Source of the DNA: Limnothrix sp. BL-A-16
Lineage (GTDB): Bacteria > Cyanobacteriota > Cyanobacteriia > CACIAM-69d
DNA length: 64,000 nucleotides
Direction of reading: 5' to 3'
Assembly (NCBI GenBank): GCA_041937175.2
Contig: CP166615.1
Coordinates: forward strand, 2,944,001-3,008,000
The stretch's first letter is position 1, and each line of letters starts with the position of its first letter. The notes under the pieces were generated by a model. The model searched no databases. It was given only the letters and a program-made list of their open reading frames with translations, and was not told where the DNA came from. Below, piece by piece: positions 42,661 to 52,184 of this stretch. The position numbers and the translations under genes were made by a program.

Positions 42661-43571
42661 AGGCTCCTCAACGGATTCAGGTCATATCCTGAGAGGGGTC
42701 ACCCCCGCTGAAACGCTCCCGTTAACCAGCAGGTCTGGAGTCAAAAATCTAGCCAATCCATGGCGACCGGCCACGGTATTTTGCGCTAAGGGCAGAATTT
42801 TCCCCTCAATTTCCAAAATTTCTGCTACCTTGCGCTGTATCGCGCCAAGGCCACAACCATCGCTCACCCCACCCCCCGGCTATTCAAAGCCGTTGTTCAA
42901 AATCTCTGTGAACAATCCGGTTTTCAGCACCGAGCGATCGGGTTATGCAATCAAGGTGGCATAACCGGCGCGATCGGGTAAAACTGATGGGGAGTTTGCT
43001 GGAAAACGCGGGTGATCTGCCACAACTGATTCTTCGCCGATCGCCATTCATCTGTCATGAATCGATCCCCATCGATCAAGATATGAATCTCAAGGCATGA
43101 ATGATGGCTCAATGGCGGGAGCATCAGACTGATGGAGCAGGTTTTTCAACTGTTTCTGCGTAGCCCAGTGAATCGAGTTAAAGCATCATTTAGGGCGAAA
43201 CAGCCTTCTCATGCACCCTAAATAATTTGCTTCCAAATAATTCATGCAAAATGCTCTGGAGTTGATTGAATTTCTAATTTCGCCTGAATTTTGTTTTTTT
43301 CATGTCATCTCATTTTTCACGTCATTGCAGTTTCATTTTCAAAAGCCTTTTTTGAAATAAACGAAATTTCGCTCTATTCATAATTCAATTTTATGGATTT
43401 AGAACCCTTAATTTTCAGCAACTGATAACCACCGATATCTATTGCTCACGTCCCCTGACCGCATCGACCCTCAACTTGCCTCGTTCATCGTGAGTCTGCC
43501 GGTTAATTCCGTTGCCCCACGATGTTTTCTCAACCGCTATTCCTACCCTTCCGGCTCTTTCTGTTGCCCCT

Positions 43572-44684
43572 ATGACTCGGCTGTTTTCTAAACGATCTGG
43601 TTCTTCGCGATCCCAAGCCGCCCGTGGCTATCGTTCCAGTAAGGTGGGGCAAAACTTCAATCAGCGATCGCGGTTTTCTTGGCGATGGTGGCTGTTGGCG
43701 TTGGTGACCTGTGCGGCGGTGTTGGGCGGCAGCTATGCCTGGACGACCAACAATGCTTCGCTCAAAACTGCCCTGGACAATTCCGCCGTGGCCTCTCAGT
43801 CGGCTCCGCCCCCTTCCCTGGGTGAAGCGCTCGATCGCAGCATTGGTAACTTTCGCCAGCAAGTGACCAGCCAAGAGCAGGAAATTTTGATGGCCCTGGG
43901 GAATTTGCCCCAATCGTTTGTGGGCAAACTGGTGCGGGATCAACGCCTGGCCAGCGGTGAGAAGGTGGTGGCCTTGACCTTTGACGATGGACCAGCCCCC
44001 CGTTACACCGATCAGGTGCTGGACATTTTGAAACAGGAAGACGTGAAGGCCACGTTCTTTGTGATTGGTCGCATGTTCCAGGCCTTCCCGACGATCGGGC
44101 AGCGCGTGGCCCGGGAAGGTCACGTGCTCGCCAATCACACCTGGTCCCATGGTTACCATCGCCATGCTCCGGCGGCGGCGGCCCGGGAAATTGACCAAAC
44201 CGCCGCCATTATTCAAGCCAAAACCGGCCAGGTGGCTCGCCTCTATCGGCCGCCGGGTGGCGTTTTGAACAATGGGATGGATACCTACGCCCAAGGTCAT
44301 GGATACGCCACGGTTCTGTGGGGCACGGATACGGGCGATTGGCGCAGACCTCCGGCGGCCACCATTGTCGATCGGGTGATGCGTACCATGCACCCGGGCG
44401 ATATTGTGCTGATGCATGATGGCGGGGGCGATCGACACAACACGGTGGCGGCCTTGCCCATCATCATTCGGCAACTGAAAGCCCAGGGTTACCGCTTCGT
44501 CACCATGCCGGAACTCTTGCAACTGCGGGTCCAAGCCAACCGCTCCGCCACCACCCGCGCCACGGCAAAACCTCAACCAACCGCAGCCGCAACGCAACCG
44601 GCTAACCCGACCGCCGGGGCGATCGACCCGGCGGTCAACGCTCCCATGAGTGCCCCCAATTCCACCATGGATCTACCGCTGTAG
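43572..44684 (+). CDS. Polysaccharide deacetylase (NodB/CE4), membrane-anchored
   Basis: LTFDDGP, NHTWSH, YRPPGG, IVLMHDGGG. Confidence 0.93.
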   Translation: MTRLFSKRSGSSRSQAARGYRSSKVGQNFNQRSRFSWRWWLLALVTCAAVLGGSYAWTTNNASLKTALDNSAVASQSAPPPSLGEALDRSIGNFRQQVTSQEQEILMALGNLPQSFVGKLVRDQRLASGEKVVALTFDDGPAPRYTDQVLDILKQEDVKATFFVIGRMFQAFPTIGQRVAREGHVLANHTWSHGYHRHAPAAAAREIDQTAAIIQAKTGQVARLYRPPGGVLNNGMDTYAQGHGYATVLWGTDTGDWRRPPAATIVDRVMRTMHPGDIVLMHDGGGDRHNTVAALPIIIRQLKAQGYRFVTMPELLQLRVQANRSATTRATAKPQPTAAATQPANPTAGAIDPAVNAPMSAPNSTMDLPL

Positions 44685-44745
44685 TTGGGTGGGCAAGACC
44701 CGCCCTGATCGCTACTTGAAAGCAAATTGCCAAAGACCCATGCTA

Positions 44746-44930
44746 GAGCCTGTCGTCAAATCGCCTGAAACCCTGATTCCACCGTTAGCGGATCGTGGGG
44801 GGCAAGGGGCTTAAGCCCCTTGTCTGGGGTGGTTAGGTTTAAGCCCCTTGCCTGTAGTGGTTAGGGTGGGGTGGTTAGGGTATGGACGATCAATCACTTG
44901 CACTTGATCTGAGGAAATGACGACAGACCC
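44746..44930. mobile_element. MITE, family B (inverted relative to the 39231 copy)
   Basis: Ends GAGCCTGTCGTCAAATC / GAAATGACGACAGACCC, TA-flanked, with the 20-bp palindrome and internal GTGGTTAGG repeats. Confidence 0.85.
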
Positions 44931-45058
44931 TAAAGCCAATTGCCAAATTAAATAGGCGCGCTATGGTGTATGGAACTTGTGCCGATCCCCGACAATTGCC
45001 TTGGGGATCGGTTCACGAGTGCCGCCCTATGCCAGATTTTGGCGCGAGGAGATCCCCT

Positions 45059-45280
45059 ATGGCTAATGTGCAGACTTGCTCGACTTGCGGTGTGCGGATT
45101 GAGATGAATCCGCTGGGTGATCGAGTGCTGTTTTCCTATGGCAGCCCAGGCACGAGGGCGCGTCTTTGGAGCCGAGTTTGTAAGTTTGTAGCCGATCGGG
45201 GAGGTTGCATTAATCAAGATCAAGGGGCGATCGGGGCCACTGAGCCGAGTGATGAATATAATCCGATGCCGGAAGGGTAA
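45059..45280 (+). CDS. Small Cys-rich hypothetical protein
   Basis: GAGGAG RBS; CxxC ... VC ... CIN pattern. Confidence 0.7.
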   Translation: MANVQTCSTCGVRIEMNPLGDRVLFSYGSPGTRARLWSRVCKFVADRGGCINQDQGAIGATEPSDEYNPMPEG

Positions 45281-45442
45281 TCGAGCACGGATCTAAAACT
45301 GAGCAAGAGGCGTGGCGGGTCAACCAACGACGATCGAACATGGGACAGAGAAAGTCCATCGGGTATTGCGTTGGGCCCGCCGATGGGGGCAGGGGATCGG
45401 CTCATCATCCCCTGCCTTTGGTTTTGGGGGAGCATTTTGAGA

Positions 45443-48139
45443 ATGGGTCAAGATTTGGGCGATCGCGCCGGCCGGCTAGGCAGCGGGTTCAAGGTTCACG
45501 GGTTCAGAATTCACAGGTTTAACCACTGGCTCAATCCAGACCATTGGCAAAGCTGGTGGCAGCGTGGGTGGCAGACCGATCGAGCCAAGCTGCTGGGTCT
45601 GTGGCTGTTGGTGTTGCTGGTCGATCGGGCTTGGTTCGCGATCGACCAATCGGCCCCCGCCTGGGATCAAGCGGAATATCTGACGGCGGCCCTGACCTAT
45701 GCCGATGCCCTGCGGGATCCCCAGTGGTTGTCTGGTTCCTGGTGGGTGGATTTTTGGCGACTCTCCCCCAAAGTGCCGCCTCTGGTGGCGATCATCACTG
45801 TGCCGTTTCTATGGCTGTTTGGCCCCACGGCCGATGCCGCAACGGCGTTGAATTCGGCCTGTTCGCTGGTGTTGCTGGGGTCGGTTTATGCGATCGGGCG
45901 GCGATTGTTCGATCGCGCCACGGGCTGGTGGGCCGCCCTGTTGTGTAGCGTGATGCCCGGCCTGTGGCGCGTGCGGCTGGACTATCTCACCGAATTCCCC
46001 TTGGTGACCGTGGTAACAGCGGCCTTTGCGGCCCTGGTGTTTTGGGCAACGGGGGGGCAGTTTGGCCCCTGGCGCGGACGGTTGGCCCATTGGTTGTGGG
46101 CGATCGGGCTGGGGCTGTTGCTGGGGGCTGGGCTGCTGACTAAGCAACCGGCGGTTTTTTTCTTGGGATTGCCCTTGGCGGGGGTGTTGGCCATTGCGCT
46201 CTGGCGATCGCGCTGGGAACGGGTCACCCAAGGTCTGTTGGCTTTGGGGATCGCCTGGATTGTTGCGGCTCCTTGGTATCAGGCGAATTGGCTCTTTGTG
46301 CTCAGTGGTGGCAAACGGGCCACGGTGGATTCCGCGATCGTGGAAGGTGACCCGGCCCTCAACACCCTTGATGCTTGGATTTATTACCTGAAGCTTTTTC
46401 CGCAACACCTGTCTTGGCCCCTGTTGGGTTTGGCGATCACGGGGGGCTGTTTGGCTTTTCTGAAATATCAACGACAACTGGCCTGGCCCGATCGCCCCTG
46501 GCCCAGCTCACCGATCCCCAAGGGCGATCATCGGGGATGGCTCTGGACACTGGGCTTTTGGCTTGGAGCCTATGTGCTGTGCTCCTTGCTGGTGAACAAA
46601 GACTGGCGTTACGTTTTGCCCTATTGGCCCGTGGGGGCGATCGTTTTGGCCCGAGGCTGGCTGGTTTGGGGGGCGCGGGTGCGGTGGAGCCTGTTGGGGC
46701 TGACGGTGTTGCTGTCGGTGCTCAGTTGGTTGCCGCCCACGGCCGCCGGGGTGGCTCCCTTGGTTCCCGGGCCGATGCGGGTGGTGCAATGGGGGCCGGC
46801 CTTGCCCCATGCCCAGGTGGTGCAGGCCGTGATCGATCGCGCGCCCCATTTGCAATCCACCGTTGGCGTGTTGCCCTCCACCGCCGAACTGAATCAACAT
46901 AACCTCAACTTCTTTGGAGCCGCCCGAAATTTTCAGGTTTACGGCCGGCAGGTGGGGACTGATCCGCAAGCCGTGGCCCAAGATGCCCGATCGCTCGATT
47001 GGTATTTGCTGAAAACCGGCGACCAGGGATCGATGCGCGGCCGGCGGCGACGGGAAGCCCAAGCAGCCACCAGCCAAACCCTGCGCCAAAGTCCCGATTT
47101 GCAGTTGGTGGAACGTTGGCCCGTGGCGGTGGATTCCGAATGGCAACTTTGGCAGCGGCGATCCCCGTCGGTGACGGTCGCTCCCTTGGCCAATCCGGCT
47201 CCCCTGAAGCTTGTGGCCCAACTGCCGGAGCGGCTGCCCCCGGGCCAAGTTGCGCCGGTCACCTACCGTTGGCAGGGCCCGGCGGCCCAACTGCAAGGGG
47301 GCTTGGCCCTGTTGACCTGGCAGCGGGAACCCACCCCCGATCGCCTGGCGGGTCGCACCGGTTGGATTGACGATCGGGCCATTGGTCGCGGTCGGTTAAT
47401 GGCTCCTCTTCCCCCATCCACCCAGTCCTTGGAGGTTTGGGATCGATCGGCCATGGTTTTGCCGCCGGACTTGGCCCCGGGTCGGTATCGTCTTTGGGCG
47501 AGTCTGTTGCCCAACGATCCCCAATGGGGCGATCGGGCCCAGCCGATCGCAATTCCCACCGAAGCCACCGTGGTGATTGACCCCGCCGCCCCGGCCCAAC
47601 CGGCCCCCGAGCTGGACGGATTGGCCCAACTGCGACTGCTGGGATTGCAATTGCGATCGGGGCGATCGGGCTTGGAGTCCGTGTTCAACACCATCGGCCG
47701 AATTAACCAATACAACCCCAATCAACCCTACGTGGCACAGGCGGAACTGACCCTCCGTTATCGCCTCAGTCAACAACCCGATCGGCTCGGTTGGCGCTAT
47801 GCCCTCGGTTTGGCCCAAGTGTTGGATCAAAACACCAGCGGCGCGATCGCCACCTTTGAGCAAATCACCCAAGCAGAACCACGCAACCCTTGGGCCCAGG
47901 CTTACTTGGCCGTGGTGCGGCTGTATGAATTTCAAACCGATGCCGCCTGGCCCGCCATCCAACAAGCCTTAGCATTGGCTCCCCGAGTGCCCGAATTCCA
48001 TTACCTAAAAGCCGTTGCCCATGCCCAACGCTGGGAACTGGGCCGGGCGATCGCTGAGTTGCGGATCGGTCAGTCCCTGGAGCCGGCCGCCACCCAAAGC
48101 CACCGGCCCCCGATCGGGTTCATCCCGCCCGCCAGTTGA
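45443..48139 (+). CDS. GT-C fold (family 39 / ArnT-like) glycosyltransferase with C-terminal TPR
   Basis: PAWDQ.EYL, K.PPL, many TM helices, NKD.RY.LP, TPR-like C-terminus. Confidence 0.85.
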   Translation: MGQDLGDRAGRLGSGFKVHGFRIHRFNHWLNPDHWQSWWQRGWQTDRAKLLGLWLLVLLVDRAWFAIDQSAPAWDQAEYLTAALTYADALRDPQWLSGSWWVDFWRLSPKVPPLVAIITVPFLWLFGPTADAATALNSACSLVLLGSVYAIGRRLFDRATGWWAALLCSVMPGLWRVRLDYLTEFPLVTVVTAAFAALVFWATGGQFGPWRGRLAHWLWAIGLGLLLGAGLLTKQPAVFFLGLPLAGVLAIALWRSRWERVTQGLLALGIAWIVAAPWYQANWLFVLSGGKRATVDSAIVEGDPALNTLDAWIYYLKLFPQHLSWPLLGLAITGGCLAFLKYQRQLAWPDRPWPSSPIPKGDHRGWLWTLGFWLGAYVLCSLLVNKDWRYVLPYWPVGAIVLARGWLVWGARVRWSLLGLTVLLSVLSWLPPTAAGVAPLVPGPMRVVQWGPALPHAQVVQAVIDRAPHLQSTVGVLPSTAELNQHNLNFFGAARNFQVYGRQVGTDPQAVAQDARSLDWYLLKTGDQGSMRGRRRREAQAATSQTLRQSPDLQLVERWPVAVDSEWQLWQRRSPSVTVAPLANPAPLKLVAQLPERLPPGQVAPVTYRWQGPAAQLQGGLALLTWQREPTPDRLAGRTGWIDDRAIGRGRLMAPLPPSTQSLEVWDRSAMVLPPDLAPGRYRLWASLLPNDPQWGDRAQPIAIPTEATVVIDPAAPAQPAPELDGLAQLRLLGLQLRSGRSGLESVFNTIGRINQYNPNQPYVAQAELTLRYRLSQQPDRLGWRYALGLAQVLDQNTSGAIATFEQITQAEPRNPWAQAYLAVVRLYEFQTDAAWPAIQQALALAPRVPEFHYLKAVAHAQRWELGRAIAELRIGQSLEPAATQSHRPPIGFIPPAS

Positions 48140-48329
48140 TCGCAACCGGTTGATTGCAACCCGTTGATCGCGATCGGTCGCCTTGCCTTACAATAGGATG
48201 CTTGCTTATACCCTTTTTTGCCGCCAAGACCCAGCATCTGTTTAGGGCTGTGCAGTCCAGCGGTCTCAAGCATTAGCCCCTGTCGAGTTTCGACAGTCCA
48301 ACCCTTAGTCACCAAGCAGAAACACCGCA

Positions 48330-48632
48330 ATGGCTAAAAAGTCCATGGTCGAGCGCGAAAAGAAGCGCGATCGCCTGATTGCTAAATATGCCGCCAAGCG
48401 TGCCGATCTGAAGGCGCAGTTTGAATCCGCCCAGGATCCGATGGAAAAGCTGGCCCTGCATCGCCAAATTCAGCGCCTGCCCCGCAACAGCGCCCGGAAC
48501 CGCCACCAAAACCGCTGCTGGTTAACTGGCCGTCCCCGTGGCTACTACCGCGATTTTGGTCTGTGCCGGAATGCTCTGCGCGAAATGGCTCACCAAGGCT
48601 TGTTGCCCGGTGTGGTCAAGTCGAGCTGGTAA
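48330..48632 (+). CDS. rpsN: 30S ribosomal protein S14
   Basis: [33 protein letters not shown]. Confidence 0.98.
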   Translation: MAKKSMVEREKKRDRLIAKYAAKRADLKAQFESAQDPMEKLALHRQIQRLPRNSARNRHQNRCWLTGRPRGYYRDFGLCRNALREMAHQGLLPGVVKSSW

Positions 48633-48916
48633 GCAACGAACTGGCCAGCATCAGCAGCACCATTACCGCACCGTTTTGGGGCTTCTTGCCGAAGTCCATC
48701 CCGTTTCCACAAAAGCACGCCGATCCACCCGATCGACGTGCTTTTGGTTTTTGATCAGTCAGAATCAAAATAGCATCAGCCTTTAATTGAGACTGTGATT
48801 GCCAATTTCAACTATTTTTTCCTCGGCACAAATTCCTGATTGATCTCTCCGTCCCAATACTTTCAAACACCACCCGATCGCCCACGCCAAACACCACAAC
48901 GACTCTATAGGCTGCC

Positions 48917-49465
48917 ATGATCGCTATTCCAAACTACATCAATTCTGATGAATACCTGATCATCGATCGCGATAGTCCCACCCGCCACGAATACCGTCGC
49001 GGCCTCGTCTACGCGATGGCAGGCGGCAGCGATGCCCACTCACAGATTGCAATCAAGCTACTGGGCCTGATTGACTGTCATCTAGAAAATACGCCGTGCC
49101 GTGTTTACAACGAGGTCAAGGTCAACTACAAAGATGAGTTTTACTACTACCCCGATGCCTTCGTGACCTGCGATCCCCGCGATCGCGCCGATCACTACAT
49201 CAAACGCCACCCAAAATTGATCGCCGAAGTCCTATCCCAAAGCACGCGGGTCTTTGATCTGGGCCAAAAATTCGAGGATTATCGGCAAATCCCAGACCTA
49301 GAGGAATACGTTCTCATCGATCAGGATCAGCGCTGGATGGAATGCCGCCGCCGCCAACCGGACAACACTTGGACAACGGTGATCTATGGAACAGGGGATC
49401 AGATTACGCTTCAAAGTATTAATTTAACCTTCCCCCTTGAGCAACTCTATCGAGGCTTGGATTAG
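48917..49465 (+). CDS. Uma2-family endonuclease-like protein
   Basis: RHEY..G.VYAMAGG, YYPDAFV, LIAEVLS.ST, EYVLIDQ. Confidence 0.92.
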   Translation: MIAIPNYINSDEYLIIDRDSPTRHEYRRGLVYAMAGGSDAHSQIAIKLLGLIDCHLENTPCRVYNEVKVNYKDEFYYYPDAFVTCDPRDRADHYIKRHPKLIAEVLSQSTRVFDLGQKFEDYRQIPDLEEYVLIDQDQRWMECRRRQPDNTWTTVIYGTGDQITLQSINLTFPLEQLYRGLD

Positions 49466-49522
49466 TGTTAGTTTGGGTCAGGCTCCAATGACCGTGAATG
49501 GGTTAATATTCCCTAAACAAAC

Positions 49523-51778
49523 CTAAACAAAATAGAGGCGGCGTTCGCAGCGCACATCGGCGGGCAGGCAATCCTTGAGGGCAACTTCGGCGATCCGATC
49601 GGCGTAGTAAGTGGTAATCGGAAGGCGAATCACTTGGGTGCTGCCGATGTGCATTTCGCTGAGCCAATAGATTTGGGCGGCGATCGTCAGGATGTCCGTT
49701 TGGCCGTGGCGGCGACGCACCAAAAGGGGCTGGGGGCTGGCGTTGGGGGCAACTTTGGCCTGTTTAGCACCGGTTGTGAGGACGATCGCCTCATGATCGT
49801 TGTGAACCCAAGCCCAGCCTCGATCGGGATTTTGCCACTGTTCCTGGTTGGTGTTGGGGTCGATCGCCCGCACCGCCGCCCGCGCCAACACATCCTTCAC
49901 CACTTCCACCACCTCCAATTGCTCTAACCCATGGGGCCGCAATTCGGCTTCCAGGGCTTGCAGGGTGGCTAGTTCGCTGTTTTTGATGGTTCCATCGCGA
50001 TGAATCACCACATGGCGCGGGGGTTCACCGCTTTGCTCAGTAAATGCACCAAATAAATCGAGCAAAATATTGCGCAGGCTGACTTCGCTGAAGGTTTCGC
50101 CCCGCTGCATGGAGGCGCTTGACCAGCCGATCGCCTGGCCTTGGCGGTTCACCACAAAGGCAGAAGCCCCGATCGTCCGTTCCTCTTTGCGGCCCAAATC
50201 TAGCCCCACAAAGGCTTGGGCAGCGCCGGGCATTTGGTGCAACTGCCAGGGAGCATAGCCGAGCTTTGCCAGAATGCCGAACACCACATTTTGATCGCGC
50301 CCATCGTTTTTGATTTGGCGCATGGTTTCGCGCGTCACCATTTGCGAACAGTAACTTTGTTGATTGAGGATTCTTTTTAAGGTGAAGTAGGGATTAACTT
50401 GAGCGTTGTAAATTGGGTCTTGTCCGTTGGGCACAAAGGCAAAAATTAGGTCATTAACATTCACAGGCAAGTTCTGGCAAACCTGACGCAGGGAAAGGGA
50501 ATTTTGCGGATCATAGGGACGTAAATCGCCAGCCCTTGTGAGTGTAATTCCAAATTCTTGGAACCGACTTTTTAGGGCTACCATATACTTTTTCACCTCT
50601 GCTTCCCAAGCTTGGGGATACAGCACTTGCGTCCGAATTTCTGCCGGTTTTTGGTGAAGGACTCGTTGTTTCCAACCACGCCAAGCTTCGTCTACTAAAA
50701 GCGGTCGATCGGGCTGTTGTGGATCTGCGCCAAAGGATAGGTTTCTGGCCATGGAACCAGCGGTCAATTGAGTGAGGTGATCGGGCTGCCAAGGGTTGGG
50801 ATCAAATTCAATCTGATCGCCACAAATAAATCCTCGTTTGTTTAAAAGGTCGATGGTTCTTTGCATTAATTCCTGACGCTTAGCCAGTGGCAAAATGCAA
50901 TGGTTCAGCGATTTGCTGGGTAGGTCTTCACGGGCATAGATTCGTTTCAATAGTTGTGGTAGATGATGCAACGGTTGGTAGCGGGGAGCATAACCCACCG
51001 CAACGGCGGGTTGATTGGGATCCAGTTGTGCGGCCAATTCTGGGGCCAGGTTTTGGCGATCGCGGTGATAATCCAATAGGCTTTGGTTGCCTAATTCCGC
51101 TAAGGGCTGACCGATAGTAATCGGCGCAACGCCTAGAAATTGGCAACTTTTGCCATCGTAAGTATGAATCAGGCGCTGTTTGGGCGGAAACTGCTGCCAA
51201 TCGAATTGGTCGATCGTGCCGATGGATTGATATTCATTCCGAAAGTGCAAGGTTAGGAAGAGAAATCCCGTCGAGTTTTGCCAAAAATCAAAGGTTAAAT
51301 ATCGTCTCGCTTCGGCAATAATTCGGACTTGGGCATCTCGAATTTGAATCGGCGGTTCGTTGGAATAAATGCGTTTGCGATTTTCTTGGACTTTCTTGGC
51401 ACTATGGGGATTAATGGTTTTGAAAATGCTGCACAGCCGATAATTACAGAGTTGAAACAGCCAGGTTTGATATCTGGGTTCGCTCAGGTCGATCGCCTCG
51501 CTTTTGAGGATCTCAATTTCCAAAGGTTCTGAGGAAGTTTCGCAAAACTGCCGCAAACAGGCTAATAAGTTCGCTGCCTGTCCCCGGTCTTCGGAGATTA
51601 GGGCGAGGCTGGACTGATCGTTGGTAACCCACTGATTGAGCCGAAATTTGCAAAATCTTGCGAGGGAGTAGAGGGTGTCGATCGGGGTGGCACTGCCGAT
51701 GATTCGCAGTCGATCGCGCCGGGCGGGTACAGATCCAAGGGGATTACGCGATTGAAAGCTGAGTTCTCGAATATCCAC
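49523..51778 (-). CDS. Long prokaryotic Argonaute (PAZ-MID-PIWI), predicted catalytically active
   Basis: MID YFTLK..SQMV..N...LAKLG; PIWI tetrad GLDLG (D), RGETF (E), IHRDG (D), YYADR (D); C-terminal LYFV. Confidence 0.93.
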   Translation of the reverse strand: MDIRELSFQSRNPLGSVPARRDRLRIIGSATPIDTLYSLARFCKFRLNQWVTNDQSSLALISEDRGQAANLLACLRQFCETSSEPLEIEILKSEAIDLSEPRYQTWLFQLCNYRLCSIFKTINPHSAKKVQENRKRIYSNEPPIQIRDAQVRIIAEARRYLTFDFWQNSTGFLFLTLHFRNEYQSIGTIDQFDWQQFPPKQRLIHTYDGKSCQFLGVAPITIGQPLAELGNQSLLDYHRDRQNLAPELAAQLDPNQPAVAVGYAPRYQPLHHLPQLLKRIYAREDLPSKSLNHCILPLAKRQELMQRTIDLLNKRGFICGDQIEFDPNPWQPDHLTQLTAGSMARNLSFGADPQQPDRPLLVDEAWRGWKQRVLHQKPAEIRTQVLYPQAWEAEVKKYMVALKSRFQEFGITLTRAGDLRPYDPQNSLSLRQVCQNLPVNVNDLIFAFVPNGQDPIYNAQVNPYFTLKRILNQQSYCSQMVTRETMRQIKNDGRDQNVVFGILAKLGYAPWQLHQMPGAAQAFVGLDLGRKEERTIGASAFVVNRQGQAIGWSSASMQRGETFSEVSLRNILLDLFGAFTEQSGEPPRHVVIHRDGTIKNSELATLQALEAELRPHGLEQLEVVEVVKDVLARAAVRAIDPNTNQEQWQNPDRGWAWVHNDHEAIVLTTGAKQAKVAPNASPQPLLVRRRHGQTDILTIAAQIYWLSEMHIGSTQVIRLPITTYYADRIAEVALKDCLPADVRCERRLYFV

Positions 51779-51990
51779 AATTGAAGCGGCTATAATTAAC
51801 GCATGAATTATATCACTTAAAGCATTTTTATTTTAAAGCACCTTGAAATTCATTCAAAGGTCATTGCGAAACAATGCAACCCCATGAACCCGATCGCCAT
51901 CAAGTCGCCATCAATTGAATTCAATTAATCCAATTCAATTAGCCCAAATATTCATCTAATCTAATCAACAAAAATCAGCCAAAGTCATTC

Positions 51991-52161
51991 GACCTCTTGC
52001 ATCAATCAAAACCCTCACCCTAAATCCCTCTCCCGACTTGGGAGAGGGACTTGACAACCAACAACGAAATCGCCGTAATTCCCGATTTCTGGCTCCCCTT
52101 CGCCATCCTTGGGAGAAGGGGTTGGGGGATGAGGGCTGTTAGCTAGTTCGCGCAAGAGGTT
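51991..52161. mobile_element. MITE-like element (family C) containing an inverted pair of CCCTC/GAGGG hairpins
   Basis: Ends ACCTCTTGC / GCAAGAGGT; internal CCCTCACCCTAAATCCCTCTCCC..GGGAGAGGG and an inverted counterpart (52012-52135). Confidence 0.65.
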
Positions 52162-52184
52162 TATTCAAGGTCAGCCAATATCAA

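Noticed and set aside
42661..43510. Riboswitch or sRNA in the long iscS-deacetylase gap
   Set aside because: Only isolated hairpins and an AT-rich promoter-like tract; no family motif recognised (an Rfam scan would settle it)
48917..51778. Uma2 + pAgo as an operon
   Set aside because: The genes are convergent and Uma2 genes are abundant here, so adjacency may be chance
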